This document shows, piece after piece, positions 1-10,638 of a stretch of 64,000 bases of DNA. How positions within the stretch are numbered: position 1 is the first letter of the stretch; each line of letters begins with the position of its first letter. This stretch comes from an uncultured Verrucomicrobiae bacterium (lineage in GTDB: Bacteria > Verrucomicrobiota > Verrucomicrobiia > Chthoniobacterales > Chthoniobacteraceae), in contig CAVYKI010000009.1 in NCBI GenBank assembly GCA_963769025.1, forward strand, positions 1,216,001 through 1,280,000, in the 5' to 3' direction. Below the pieces are notes generated by a model, which saw nothing but the letters and a program-made list of their open reading frames with translations, was not told the origin of the DNA and did no database searches. The translations under genes and the position numbers were made by a program.

Positions 1-499
1 TCACCAGCACGAGCCCGCGCGGGAGCCGGATGAGCTCGGCCACGATCGGAGGCAGCCCGATGTCGGTGTAGGAAAGCATCTCGCGCGGCAGCAGGCGCAA
101 CGCGATCGCGGTGGTGCGCTTCTGCCGGTAGAGGCTGATGCGAAAGCGATTCCTCCCCGAGCTCGTGATCGCAAAATCCACGGTGCCCTCGGTCCGCAGC
201 TTGTGGATCTGCTCCCCGTTCGCGAGCTCGGTCGCGATGTTGTCCGTGTCCTCGGCAAACAGTGCGCGCGTCTCCAGCCGGACCAGCCGGCCGTGAATGC
301 GCAGCACCGGCGGCGTCCCGACGGACAGGTGCAAATCCGAAGCTCCCGATTCCACGGTGAGGCGCATGATGTCCTCGATCGGCGCAAACGCTCCGCGTCC
401 TCCCGCAGACAGGACCGGAGCCGGCGGCTCCGGAGCGGCGGCGGCCTCGGCGGCAGGTTCCTCCCCCGCCACAGTCTTGCCAAATCGGAAGATGCCCAT
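1..499 (-). CDS. pilT: Type IV pilus retraction ATPase PilT family, N-terminal part (runs off window)
   Basis: Manual translation from ATG at 499 (AAGGAG upstream): MGIFRFGK...ASDLHLSVGTPPVLRIHGRL...VDFA...RFRISLYRQ...AIALRLLP...GLPPIVAEL...RGLVLV. Lies directly downstream of pilB. Confidence 0.88.
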   Translation of the reverse strand, partial: MGIFRFGKTVAGEEPAAEAAAAPEPPAPVLSAGGRGAFAPIEDIMRLTVESGASDLHLSVGTPPVLRIHGRLVRLETRALFAEDTDNIATELANGEQIHKLRTEGTVDFAITSSGRNRFRISLYRQKRTTAIALRLLPREMLSYTDIGLPPIVAELIRLPRGLVLV

Positions 500-508
500 G
501 GTCGCTCC

Positions 509-2211
509 TTACTCGTCGTCCGACATTGTCGCGCTGATGACTTCCTCCGCCGTCGTCATGCCCGGAGAGCACTTTGCGGATGCCGTCCTCGCGCAGCGTG
601 CGCATGCCCATTTCGCGTGCCCGCTTGCGCAGGTCCACGGTCGTCGCCCGCGTGTTCACCATGTGGCGCACCGTGTCGTCCACCTCGAAAATCTCGAAGA
701 TGCCCATCCGGCCCTTTGCACCGAGCCCCTTGCACTTTTCGCAACCCGTCCCATGCGCGACGCTCGCCTCGCTGAGCTGCGATGCGTCGATGCCCGAGCG
801 CGCTGATCTCCACCGCAGTCAGCTCCGTGGGCTGCTTGCAGTTCGGGCAAATCTTGCGGACCAGCCGCTGCGCAATCATCGCTCGCACCGCGGAGGACAC
901 GAGGAACGGCTGCACGCCGATATCCACAAGACGCGCGATGGCGCTCGGCGCGTCGTTCGTGTGCAGCGTGGAAAAGACGAGATGGCCGGTGAGCGCGGCG
1001 TTGATCGCGATGTTCGCGGTTTCCGGATCGCGAATTTCACCGATCATGATGATGTTCGGCGCCTGGCGCAGCATCGCGCGGAGCGCTGCCGGGAAGGTCA
1101 TCCCGACCTCCGCATTCACCTGCACCTGGTTGATGCCGCTCATCTGATACTCCACGGGATCCTCGACCGTGATGAGCTTCTTGTCCGGCTTGTTGATGTA
1201 GTTGAGGCACGCGTACAGCGTCGTCGTCTTTCCGGAACCGGTCGGGCCGGTGACGAGCAGGATCCCATCCGGCAGGCGCAGCAGCCGTTCAAAGACCTCC
1301 TGGTCGTCGCTCAAAAATCCGAGCTGCGGCAGACCGAGCGAAAGCGACGTCTTGTCGAGAATACGCATGACCACCGACTCGCCGTGCGCGGTCGGGATCG
1401 TCGAAACGCGCAGGTCCAGGCTTTTCTTGCCCATCTTTACCTGGATGCGTCCGTCCTGCGGCAGGCGCTTCTCGGCGATGGACATCGTGCCCGTCATGAT
1501 CTTCAGGCGCGACACGATCGCCGCCTGCAGCTTTTTCGGCGGGTTCTGCATCTCGTGCAGCACGCCATCGATCCGGAAGCGGACCCGCAGCCGCTTTTCC
1601 AGCGGCTCCACGTGGATGTCCGAAGTCCGCGAGTTGTACGCCTCCACCAGCATCATCGTCACGAGCTTGATGATCGGCGCATCGCCCACCTCCCCTTGCG
1701 CGCCTTCCACGTCCACCTCCTGCCCGCCGATCTGGATTCCTCCCGCAAGGTTTTCCATCGTCGCCACCGCATCCTCGGCGGTGCCGTAGTATTTCATCAG
1801 CGCCGCCTTCATCGAATCCGGCGTCGTGCAAAGGAACTCCACCTCGCGCTGGAGCACCGCCTGGATCGCATCGAGCGTGTCGAAATTCAGCGGGTCATCC
1901 ACCGCGACCACCACACCGCCGAGTTCGGTCGTCGCCACCGGCACCACGCGGTAACGCCGTGCGGTATCGGCGGGGATCAACTCGAGCACGTCCTGCGAAA
2001 CGGTGATTCCGTCGAGAACCACGAAATCCATCGCCGCGTTCGAAGCCACCGCCCGCGCCACATCCTCCTGCGTGATCAAATTCCGGTCGATCATCGCCTG
2101 GATCACCGTCTTTCCCGGCTTCAGCCCCTGGCGGACCTCCTCCACCTGGCTCGTGGTGACCAGCGCGTTCTCGATGAGGATTTCCAGGATGTAATCGTCG
2201 TTTGCAGCCAC
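509..2211 (-). CDS. pilB: Type IV pilus assembly / T2SS ATPase (PilB/GspE family); one frameshift near 790
   Basis: SDIHVEP, IAEKRLPQDGR, Walker A GPTGSGKTTT, TVEDPVEY, GEIRD, GHLVFSTLHTND, QRLVRKICPNC. C-terminus (GCEKC...GRMGIFE...TMSDDE*) is in another frame. Confidence 0.92.
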
Positions 2212-2396
2212 GGTCAGGGATGGTTCTCGGGAAAGATGTTCGGGGTCGGGCTGTTTCGCTCGGTGCCCGGGGACGATTTCAAACATTCCTCGTTTCTTAT
2301 CAACCACGGATTTGAGGAATTGTCTGTTTTGACCGTTGCGCAACGCGCCAGTCCGCCCTTGCCGCAACCTCGCAGCGCGGCTATGGACGCGCCCTC

Positions 2397-2921
2397 ATGA
2401 AATCACTCCTCGCCCTCGTTTGCGCCATTTTCGTCACCACAGTCCACGCCGGAGACTCCGGAAAATTCACCGTCGGCGCATATAACTTCTCCCGCCCCGC
2501 CGATTGGAAATCCATCGAGCCCACCTCGCCCATGCGCAAGGCCCAGCTCCAGGTCCCCGGCAAGGACGGCGGCAAGCCGGCCGACATCACGTTCTTCTTT
2601 TTCGGCGAAGGAAACGGCGGCGGCGTCCAGCCGAATGTGCAGCGCTGGCTCGGCCAGATCGCCGGCAAGCCCGACGCGAACAAGGTCGATACCCAGGAGT
2701 TCAACGGCGTGAAAGTCACCGTCGTCTCCGCCGAAGGCACGCTCAAGGCCGCCCCGATGGCAGGAATCGCCGAGGAACTCACCGATGCCGCCCTCCTCGG
2801 CGCCATCATCGAGCACGGGGAAGGCGCGGTCTTCGTCAAGATGACCGGCCCCGCCCCGCTGGTGAAAGAGAACCGCGAAAAGTTCCTCGGCCTCATCAAA
2901 TCCGCGACGGAGAAAAAGTAA
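2397..2921 (+). CDS. Secreted hypothetical protein
   Basis: Signal-peptide-like N-terminus (MKSLLALVCAIFVTTVHA), coding-like codon usage, motifs NVQRWLGQ and FVKMTGP. Confidence 0.75.
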   Translation: MKSLLALVCAIFVTTVHAGDSGKFTVGAYNFSRPADWKSIEPTSPMRKAQLQVPGKDGGKPADITFFFFGEGNGGGVQPNVQRWLGQIAGKPDANKVDTQEFNGVKVTVVSAEGTLKAAPMAGIAEELTDAALLGAIIEHGEGAVFVKMTGPAPLVKENREKFLGLIKSATEKK

Positions 2922-2923
2922 CC

Positions 2924-3298
2924 ATGGCCGATCTGCCGACGAGTTACTACGTCCACTCGCTGATCGAGATTCTCCACTACATCAGCGACGACCTGCTGCA
3001 GTGCGACTCCGGCACCACCGTCGCCGAACTCTTCAGCGACGACTTCGACGACCTCGACTTCGAGCTCGCGCTCACGTGCTTTGAAGGGACCCACCGGCTC
3101 GCCTTCAAGGAGCACGTCTGGAAGGACGAACTCGCGAGCTTCGAGGAAAAGACCATCGAGGAATTCGTCGAGGAATACCTCGATCCCCGTGAGCAAAAGG
3201 ATCCCCTGTTCGTCACCAAGCGCTTCCTCTTCTACGAGAAGTCCCTCGCCGAAGCCCTCCGCGAGGAATACGAGTCCCCGCCCCCAGGCGATTACTAA
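2924..3298 (+). CDS. Acidic hypothetical protein with weak acyl-carrier-protein-like pattern
   Basis: ATG 2 nt after the upstream stop; MADLPTSYY...ELFSDDFDDLDFELAL...KTIEEFVEEYL. Confidence 0.7.
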   Translation: MADLPTSYYVHSLIEILHYISDDLLQCDSGTTVAELFSDDFDDLDFELALTCFEGTHRLAFKEHVWKDELASFEEKTIEEFVEEYLDPREQKDPLFVTKRFLFYEKSLAEALREEYESPPPGDY

Positions 3299-3557
3299 TC
3301 CCGCACCCGCGGGCCGCGGCGCCCGCGGAGTGAACGCCAGCGCACCGTCTGCAAGCGGACTCCACCGGCCCTTTCGCAAAGCGCGCCAACGGATCTCCCG
3401 CGAACGGACACCAGCGGCGTTCCATCAACCAGCCCAGGGTCGCGAGGAACGAGCTCCCCTGGGTTCCGTCATCAAAACGAATCCCACCGGGCTTCCACTC
3501 GCATTCCGCCGAAAGACTTGCCCCGCGTTTCGCGTTCCGCCATTTCCGTGGGCTACG

Positions 3558-4034
3558 ATGAAAACCACCTTCTTTTTCCTGCTCGGCGCCTCGATCCTCC
3601 CCCATACCCTCCCGGCCGCTTCCAACGCCGCGATGGAAAAGGAGTATCAGCAGGTCCGCACCATCGCGCTCCGCGACCCGCGCGTGCAGTCCGCCTATCG
3701 CGATGCCGACCGCAGGCTGGATGAAAAGATGATCCGCATCGACCCCGCCTTGGAATCCTACGTGAAAGCCAAGCAAGCCGCCCGCGAAGGCACTGCCGCT
3801 CCGAAGCCCGCGGCACCTTTCACCCGCTCCATCTTCGGCAGGAGCACCGCGCCCAAGACCACCCACGCGGTCGCCGCGGGCGAAACGCTCGGCTCCATCG
3901 CCGCGAAGCACCGCATCACGGTCGCGTCGCTCAGAATGGCAAACCACATCAAGGACGAGCGCAAAATTCCCGTCGGCCAGGTGCTCACAATCCCCGCCCC
4001 CGCATCCGCCGGTCGCACGCGCTCGACGCGTTGA
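3558..4034 (+). CDS. Secreted LysM-domain protein
   Basis: Signal-like N-terminus; C-terminal HAVAAGETLGSIAAKHRITVASLRMANHI...IPVGQVLTIP fits the LysM consensus. Confidence 0.85.
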   Translation: MKTTFFFLLGASILPHTLPAASNAAMEKEYQQVRTIALRDPRVQSAYRDADRRLDEKMIRIDPALESYVKAKQAAREGTAAPKPAAPFTRSIFGRSTAPKTTHAVAAGETLGSIAAKHRITVASLRMANHIKDERKIPVGQVLTIPAPASAGRTRSTR

Positions 4035-4158
4035 GGCTGCGATTTCGCAGCCGCGCACATCCAGCCCCGCCTTGTCTGCGCCTCCATCCTGCGACGCAGC
4101 CTAATGCAGCATTGCAACTGAGGCGAAAGACCTGCCCGGGATGAGGGAGGCGGCGCTT

Positions 4159-4329
4159 CTACTGCGCCTGCTGCACCTCCGGGCCGGTGTCCTCGGAAAT
4201 CAGCCAGAGGATGTTGGGCTTCGCCGGCCTGTCCGCCGCCGCGGCCTCACGCAAAGGAGCGGAGATGCTGGGGACTGAGAGCAGCAGGGCCGCGGCGGAG
4301 CGGACGGTTCTGAGGGAGCTGTGGTTCAT
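4159..4329 (-). pseudogene. Truncated sulfatase N-terminal fragment (56 aa)
   Basis: Manual translation MNHSSLRTVRSAAALLLSVPSISAPLREAAAADRPAKPNILWLISEDTGPEVQQAQ*: signal peptide plus the sulfatase PNI-x-x-x-x-x-D/E-D start motif, then a stop. Confidence 0.6.
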
Positions 4330-4450
4330 GAGGGATGAAGCATCGGAGGGTTATCTGCGCGAGGGGAGAAAGTGGCCGCGTTCGGCGATGTCGTGGAGCA
4401 ACAGTGCGGCACAAATCAGGCTTTCACCGCCTCAGCGCCGTCGTCGGCAC

Positions 4451-5941
4451 TCAGTCGAAACTCGGATCCGCCGCCAGCGCCATCTCGCGCCGGCGCTCGC
4501 TCTCGGGCTTGCCGGTGTTGCCGGCCCCGCGCTTGCGCTTCGCCTTTCCCTCGCCGCCGGTCAGCGAAAGATCGGAGTCATTCTTCTGTGCCTCGCCCGG
4601 CGTGCTGCGCCCGCGGGCGATGTAGGTTTGCATCAGCGCAGTCAGCTTCGTCGCGATTTCACCATTCGCCGCGAGCACGTCCTTCGTCTCGCTCAAGTCG
4701 TCGGCGAGATTGAAGAGTTCCCGCTTCCCCGTCTTGTGAAAGATCGCCTTCCACGGACCCTGGCGGATGGCGAGATCGCCGGCCGCGGACTGGTGCACGG
4801 TGGCTTCGCGCACGCCGTCCTTTGCGGTGCCGGAAAATTCCGGGAGCAGGCTCACGCTGTCTTCGCCGGCGTTGGCGGGCAGTTTCGCGCCGACGATTTC
4901 CGCGGCGGTCGCCATCAGATCATTGAGGCAGACGGTGTGAACGTTCACCGAGCCGGGCTTGATTTTCCCCGGCCATCGCGCAGCGAACGGCACGCGGTGC
5001 CCGCCCTCGTAAATGCTGCGCTTCGATTCGCGCAACGGCTCGTAGGCGCGGTGCTCGGCGCCGTTGTCGCTCGTCGCGATGACGAGCGTGTTGTCCGCAA
5101 GATGATTGCGCTCCAGCGCGTCGAGAAGCTGCCCGAGCATCGCATCGCCCTGTCTGAGCCAGTCGCCGTATTTCGGATCCTTCTTCACCAGATCCTGCGC
5201 GCCGCTTTTCCCCACATGGTCCGGTGCCGGCACGATCGGCTCATGGGGCGGACACATCGGGAAATAGAGGAAGAATGGTTCCCCCTGCTTCCGCTGCCCG
5301 ATCCACTCGACCGCTTTCCTGATCATCAGCGGCTGATTTTCCACCGCCCCGACATGCGCCACCACGCGATCCTGCTCGATGATCGTGCCGATGTTCCGCG
5401 CATGGGTGAAACCGTAAAAGTAATCGAAGCCGATGGCGTTCGGCCCGTCCGTCATCTTCGCGCCGATGGGCACTTCCTTATCGGTGCCCGGCTTGCCATC
5501 CACCCAGTTCATCCCGAGATGCCACTTGCCGATGCACGCGGTCGCGTAGCCGTTCTGCTTCAGCAGCGACGCCACCGTGAGCCGGCTCGCCGGGATGATC
5601 GGCGTTGAAAAAGTCGTGAGCACCCCGAACTGCCCGATTCGCGAAGGATACCTCCCCGTGAGCACGCCGTAACGCGTGGGTGTGCAGACTGCGGAACCCG
5701 TGTGCGCATCCGTAAAGCGCATTCCCTGCTGCGCAAGACGGTCGAGGTTCGGCGTGCGCAAAGCGGAACCGGCATTGTAACTTTGCGGCTGCCCCCAGCC
5801 CATGTCATCGAACAGGACGAAGATGATGTTCGGCTTTGCGGCCGTGCTCGCATCGGCGGCATGCACCGTTGGCAGCGCCGCCAGCGCAAAAGCTGCGCCA
5901 ATCACAAACGCGATGGGTGTCGGGGAGTTGCTTTGTCTCAT
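4451..5941 (-). CDS. Arylsulfatase A-like sulfatase (Cys-type)
   Basis: KPNIIFVLFDDMG, signature CTPTR...LTGR, GKWHLG, SDNG, EGGHRVP. Confidence 0.93.
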   Translation of the reverse strand: MRQSNSPTPIAFVIGAAFALAALPTVHAADASTAAKPNIIFVLFDDMGWGQPQSYNAGSALRTPNLDRLAQQGMRFTDAHTGSAVCTPTRYGVLTGRYPSRIGQFGVLTTFSTPIIPASRLTVASLLKQNGYATACIGKWHLGMNWVDGKPGTDKEVPIGAKMTDGPNAIGFDYFYGFTHARNIGTIIEQDRVVAHVGAVENQPLMIRKAVEWIGQRKQGEPFFLYFPMCPPHEPIVPAPDHVGKSGAQDLVKKDPKYGDWLRQGDAMLGQLLDALERNHLADNTLVIATSDNGAEHRAYEPLRESKRSIYEGGHRVPFAARWPGKIKPGSVNVHTVCLNDLMATAAEIVGAKLPANAGEDSVSLLPEFSGTAKDGVREATVHQSAAGDLAIRQGPWKAIFHKTGKRELFNLADDLSETKDVLAANGEIATKLTALMQTYIARGRSTPGEAQKNDSDLSLTGGEGKAKRKRGAGNTGKPESERRREMALAADPSFD

Positions 5942-6280
5942 GGTCAGGATTGGGGGTCTTGTTGGGGAATATGATCAGAGACACTTCAAACAACGGCAAT
6001 CGTCCCGATTCGGACTGCGGAATGTCGTCACTGCATTGCGAGCGCGGCCGGTTTTCGGGTGCCGCCAGTATCGGGGGCGTCCATGACGGCTTCACGACGA
6101 ACAATCCAGCTACTTCCGCTCCGTCGCCGCCGCGACGCTTGGTCGGATGGGCAAAGCCTTCGGACTGGAAACTGCCGACTCGTCGGGATCGATGCCCTTC
6201 CGGCCGCCTACAAATTGCGAATCCCTCAATTTCGCGATTGCGCGAATCCCGAACTCCCTTTAGTTACCGCCCCCCTTTCC

Positions 6281-6354
6281 TGCCTCATGGTGTAACGGTA
6301 GCACAGCAGACTCTGAATCTGCTTGTCTAGGTTCAAATCCTAGTGAGGCAACCA
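6281..6354 (+). tRNA. tRNA-Gln (anticodon CTG)
   Basis: Acceptor stem TGCCTCA/TGAGGCA, anticodon arm GCAGA-CTCTGAA-TCTGC, T arm CTAGG-TTCAAAT-CCTAG, encoded 3' CCA. Confidence 0.96.
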
Positions 6355-6539
6355 TCTCGCGGCCGCGCCAGGAAAGTGCATCCGCCGACGTGGCGACAGC
6401 GCGCAATCCCCTTCCCCGCCGGCCTGTTTCTTCGCCGCCTTGCGCCGCCTCGCCTGCTCCGGTCATCAGCATCCTTGCGGCTGGATTTCGGGCTCAAAAC
6501 CCATTGTTTCTGGTGGCCCACCCGGCCCGGCCGTCTCAA

Positions 6540-7140
6540 TAAGCAATCATTCCTGAGAGACACGAGACTCCGGGTCGTGGCCAGACAATCGTTCCCGGCG
6601 GACACCTCGCTCCGGTGGGTGCGCAGACAATCGTTTTCAAGGATCACCTCGCTCCGGCGTGCTGAAACACAATCGTTTTCCGGGGACATCAGGCTCTGGT
6701 TCCGCGAAAGACAATCATTCCTGAGAGGCACCCCGCTCCGGTCTCTCAGGAACGATTCGTTTTGGCGTCCGACCCTCTCATTCCTGCCCAAACGCAATCG
6801 TTCCTGAGAGTCCCCAGCTTTCCGGGTGAGAAAACACAATCATTGCTGAGAGTCCCGAGCCTCCCGTCTGCCAATTCGGATTGTCGCGCAAGGCTCCGGA
6901 GCCTCCTGTCTGCCAATTCGGATTGTCGCGCGGGGTTCCGGAGCCTCCCGTCTGCCAATTTGGATTGTCGCGCGGGGCTCCGGAGCCTCCCGGCAACGAA
7001 TTTGGATTGTCGCGCGGGGCTCCGGAGCCTCCCGGCAACGAATTTGGATTGTCTGGCCGCGTTCCGGAGCGGGTTGTCCCTCCAAAACGATCATCTGCTG
7101 ATTGTCCCGAGCCTCCCGGCAGTCAGGACGGATTGGTTTT
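6540..7140. repeat. Degenerate 42-bp phased tandem array whose core motif inverts midway
   Basis: CAATC at 6544, 6586, 6628, 6670, 6712, 6795, 6837; then GATTG at 6879, 6921, 6963, 7005, 7047, 7131. Right-hand unit approx. CCGGAGCCTCCCGTCTGCCAATTCGGATTGTCGCGCGGGGCT. Confidence 0.85.
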
Positions 7141-7316
7141 TCACGCGCCCGAACTTCGAAACAAGGGCCGAGGCCATACCGCGGACCGGCGCCTTCCTCC
7201 GCCGCGAGCGGCACCGCGCCGGCTGCGGGTCGGCCCGGACCGGACCAGCCTCGGGGCAACGATTGCTCGGAAATAGGTTGCCGCAAAGCCGCGCACCACT
7301 TCCCTTTCCCGCCCAC

Positions 7317-10300
7317 GTGAAACCCGGCGCTCCGAATCTGCTCGATGCCATCGGCCGTGAGCCTTCGCTTGCGGCGAAGCTGCGCGCAGTGACGGAGGGC
7401 GGCGACGGGATTGTCTTCGAGCAGGTGACGGAGGGAGCGCATTCGGCATTGTGCGCGGCCATCGCGCGGGCCGCGCAGCCGACGGGAAGCCGGGTGTGGC
7501 TCGTGTGCCCGGCCCTGCGGGCGCAGGAGCAGCTGCACAACGAGCTGCTGCAATGGACGCCCGACGCGCTCTTTTTCCCGGAGCTGGAAGTGGCCCCCGT
7601 GGAGGGCGCGATTCCGGACCCCGAGACGGTGGCCGAGCGGCTCGCCATCATCCACCGGCTCAATGCGCGCGACGACGGGAAGAAGCCGCTCGTGATCGTG
7701 CTCACGAGGGCGGCGCTGGAAGAGGCGGTGCCGGACTCGGAGGAGATGCAGGCGCTGGAAATGCGGCTTTCGCGCGGCGAAACGGTGATGCGCGAAATGC
7801 TCCTCGGACGGCTGAGCGCGGCGGGCTACGAGCAGGCGGCGCAGGTCTCGCAGCGCGGGCAGTTCGCGGTGCGCGGCGGCATTGTCGATGTTTTCAGCTT
7901 TCACCACACGCTGCCGACGCGGCTGGAGTTCTTCGGCGACGAACTGGAGAGCATCCGGCAGTTCGACCTCGATGCGCAGACAAGCGTGGAGCAGCTCCCG
8001 TCCTGCACGATCCTCCTCGGCCAGGCGGTGCCTCGCGCGCGACGGCTGCGCGACTGCATCCGGGAGCGGGACATCACCGTGGATGTCGGCGCGGACTGGC
8101 TGGAGGCGAAGGTGACGATCAGTGCTGGATCGGTCGGCGGAGAATTCACCACGGAGGACACGGAGAACACGGAGGGAGTCACAGGAGATTCTGACTACGA
8201 CTCTTTGCATACCTCCGTGCCCTCTGTGGTTGAATCACAAGCATTCGACTACTCGCTTGCCTTCTTTGACAACGGGCTCGGGGAATTTGAGGCGGGCGAT
8301 TTCGTCGTCGATGAGGCGCGGCGCGAGCGGTTCTTCGCGCAGCTCACGGAATGGCGCACGCAAGGGTGGAGCACCTTCGTCTTTTGCAACAACGAGGGCG
8401 AAATCGAGCGGCTGCGCGATCTGATCCCCGCGGTGGAGGCGGACGCGCTGCAATTTTCGGAGGGCACGCTCGGGCGCGGGTTCACCTTCCCGGCCGGACG
8501 CGTCGCGGTGCTCAGCGACTCGGAGCTCTTCGGCCGCTACCGCAACACCCGCGCGCGGCGGATCGCACTGAAGCGCTCGCGGGAGATCGTCAGCCGTTCG
8601 CAGATTGATTTCAGCGAACTGATTGAGGGCGAACTCGTCGTGCATCTCGAACACGGCATCGCGCGCTTCGAGGCGCTGAAGCAGCTCGCGAACGGCGAGG
8701 ACGTGCTCGCGCTGGAATTTGCCGAGGACGCCAGGCTCTACGTGCCGCTCGACCAGAGCTACCTCATCGCGCGCTACGTGGGCATCGGGAAAAAGCATCC
8801 GCCGCTCAGCAAGCTCGGCGATGCGGCGTGGACGAACGCGAAGAAGAAGGCGGAGAAGGCGGCGTTCGACTACGCGGGCAAACTGCTCGAAACGCACGCG
8901 GCGCGCGAGACGCAGAAGGGCTTCACCTTTCCGCCCGACAGCAAGTGGGTGCGCGAATTCGAGGCGTCGTTTCTTTACAAGGAAACGCCGGACCAGCTCA
9001 CCGCCATCGCCGACACGAAGGCCGACATGGAGACGGAACAGCCGATGGACCGGCTCATCTGCGGCGACGTGGGCTTTGGAAAAACGGAGGTGGCGATCCG
9101 CGCGGCGTTCAAGGCGGTGTGCGCGGGCAAGCAGGTCGCCATCCTCGTGCCGACGACCGTGCTCGCGGAGCAGCACTGGCGGAATTTTCGCGAGCGCATG
9201 AGCGACTACCCGGTGACGGTGGACATGCTCAGCCGCTTCCGCACGCGCGGGCAGCAGGTGAAGACGCTCGCGGGAGTGAAGGACGGCACCGTGGACATCG
9301 TCATCGGCACGCACCGGCTCATCTCGAAGGATGTGGAGTTCAAGGATCTCGGGCTCGTGGTGATCGACGAGGAGCAGCGCTTCGGCGTGCTGCACAAGGA
9401 GCGCTTCAAGCAGATGTGGCCGCTGGTGGATTTGCTCACGCTCTCGGCGACGCCGATCCCGCGCACGCTCTACCTCTCGCTCATGGGCGCGAAGGACATG
9501 AGCACCATCGAGACCGCGCCGCTGAACCGCATCCCGGTCGAGACGCTCATCTGCCCGTACGACGAGCGCATCATCCGCGACGCGATCCAGCGTGAGCTGA
9601 AGCGGCAGGGCCAGGTGTTCTTTCTCCACAACCGCGTCGGCGACATCCAGAGCGTGGAGGCAAAAATCCGCATGCTCGTCCCCGGCGCGCGCACACTCGT
9701 CGGCCACGGGCAGATGGCGGAGCATGAGCTGGAGGAAGTGATGCACCAGTTTGTGAAAGGCGACGCGGATGTGCTCATCTCCACGACGATCATCGAGAGC
9801 GGCGTGGATATCCCGAACGCGAACACGATCATCATCGACCGCGCCGACCGTTTCGGGCTCGCCGATCTCTACCAGCTCCGCGGACGCGTCGGGCGTGCGC
9901 AGCACAAGGCGTACGCCTACCTGATGCTGCCGCGCGACATGCTCGGCACGGGCGAGGCGAGGAAGCGCATCAATGCGATCAAGCAATACGGCTCGCTGGG
10001 CGCAGGTTTCAAAATCGCGATGCGGGATCTGGAAATTCGCGGCGCGGGCAACATCCTCGGCACCGCGCAGAGCGGGCACATTGTGACCATCGGCTTCGAG
10101 CTTTACTGCGCGATGCTGCGCCAGGCGATCGCGAAGCTGAAAGGCGAACGCAGGAAATCGCGAATCGAGGTCGCGCTGCATCTGGACTTTGTCGTGCTGC
10201 GCGAGCCCGGCTTCCTCGAAAAGGAGCGCAAGGCCGGCTGGGCGCCCGCATTTCTGCCGACCGGCTACATCGAGGAGACGCACGCGCGCATCGCCGCGTA

Positions 10301-10589
10301 CCGCCACCTCAACGAACTCAGCACGCAGGAGGCGCTCGACAAGCTCCGCAAGGACTGGCGCGACCGCTTCGGCCGTTTCCCGGAGGCGGTGGAAAACCTC
10401 CTCACGCTCGCCGAGCTGCGCATTTCCTCCGCGGCGCGGAAGATCACGGTGGTCGAGGTGAAGGACGACAAGCTGATGCTCACGCGCGGCGGCGACTTCA
10501 TCCTCATCGGCGGGAAATTCCCGCGCCTCACGGCCAAGGGCGGAACCCCGCGGCTGCGCGAGACGTTGAAAATGATCCGCAGCCTGTGA
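7317..10589 (+). CDS. mfd: Transcription-repair coupling factor
   Basis: [85 protein letters not shown] start at 7317 is inferred. Confidence 0.96.
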   Translation: MKPGAPNLLDAIGREPSLAAKLRAVTEGGDGIVFEQVTEGAHSALCAAIARAAQPTGSRVWLVCPALRAQEQLHNELLQWTPDALFFPELEVAPVEGAIPDPETVAERLAIIHRLNARDDGKKPLVIVLTRAALEEAVPDSEEMQALEMRLSRGETVMREMLLGRLSAAGYEQAAQVSQRGQFAVRGGIVDVFSFHHTLPTRLEFFGDELESIRQFDLDAQTSVEQLPSCTILLGQAVPRARRLRDCIRERDITVDVGADWLEAKVTISAGSVGGEFTTEDTENTEGVTGDSDYDSLHTSVPSVVESQAFDYSLAFFDNGLGEFEAGDFVVDEARRERFFAQLTEWRTQGWSTFVFCNNEGEIERLRDLIPAVEADALQFSEGTLGRGFTFPAGRVAVLSDSELFGRYRNTRARRIALKRSREIVSRSQIDFSELIEGELVVHLEHGIARFEALKQLANGEDVLALEFAEDARLYVPLDQSYLIARYVGIGKKHPPLSKLGDAAWTNAKKKAEKAAFDYAGKLLETHAARETQKGFTFPPDSKWVREFEASFLYKETPDQLTAIADTKADMETEQPMDRLICGDVGFGKTEVAIRAAFKAVCAGKQVAILVPTTVLAEQHWRNFRERMSDYPVTVDMLSRFRTRGQQVKTLAGVKDGTVDIVIGTHRLISKDVEFKDLGLVVIDEEQRFGVLHKERFKQMWPLVDLLTLSATPIPRTLYLSLMGAKDMSTIETAPLNRIPVETLICPYDERIIRDAIQRELKRQGQVFFLHNRVGDIQSVEAKIRMLVPGARTLVGHGQMAEHELEEVMHQFVKGDADVLISTTIIESGVDIPNANTIIIDRADRFGLADLYQLRGRVGRAQHKAYAYLMLPRDMLGTGEARKRINAIKQYGSLGAGFKIAMRDLEIRGAGNILGTAQSGHIVTIGFELYCAMLRQAIAKLKGERRKSRIEVALHLDFVVLREPGFLEKERKAGWAPAFLPTGYIEETHARIAAYRHLNELSTQEALDKLRKDWRDRFGRFPEAVENLLTLAELRISSAARKITVVEVKDDKLMLTRGGDFILIGGKFPRLTAKGGTPRLRETLKMIRSL
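8144..8235. repeat. Palindromic (REP-like) element inserted in frame within mfd
   Basis: ATTCACCACGGAGGACACGGAG...CTCCGTGCCCTCTGTGGTTGAAT inverted arms containing CACGGAG repeats at 9-nt spacing, with an AT-richer loop. Confidence 0.7.
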
Positions 10590-10638
10590 GCGCCGCAGGC
10601 TTGCCTTCCAGCGGCCTTTCTCTAAGCCGCACTGCGCT

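Noticed and set aside
6140..6200. c-di-GMP-I riboswitch (GGGCAAAGCC...)
   Set aside because: Only a short GCAAAGCC match; the upstream GNRA-capped stem is missing.
6281..6354. tRNA-Gln as attachment site of an integrated element
   Set aside because: I found no duplicate of the tRNA 3' end and no intact integrase in the window (search by eye only).
6540..7140. CRISPR array or genuine N-terminal extension of Mfd (ORF from 6762)
   Set aside because: Conserved motifs are too short and degenerate for CRISPR repeats. The ORF extension is just the stop-free repeat; Mfd-like sequence begins near 7317.
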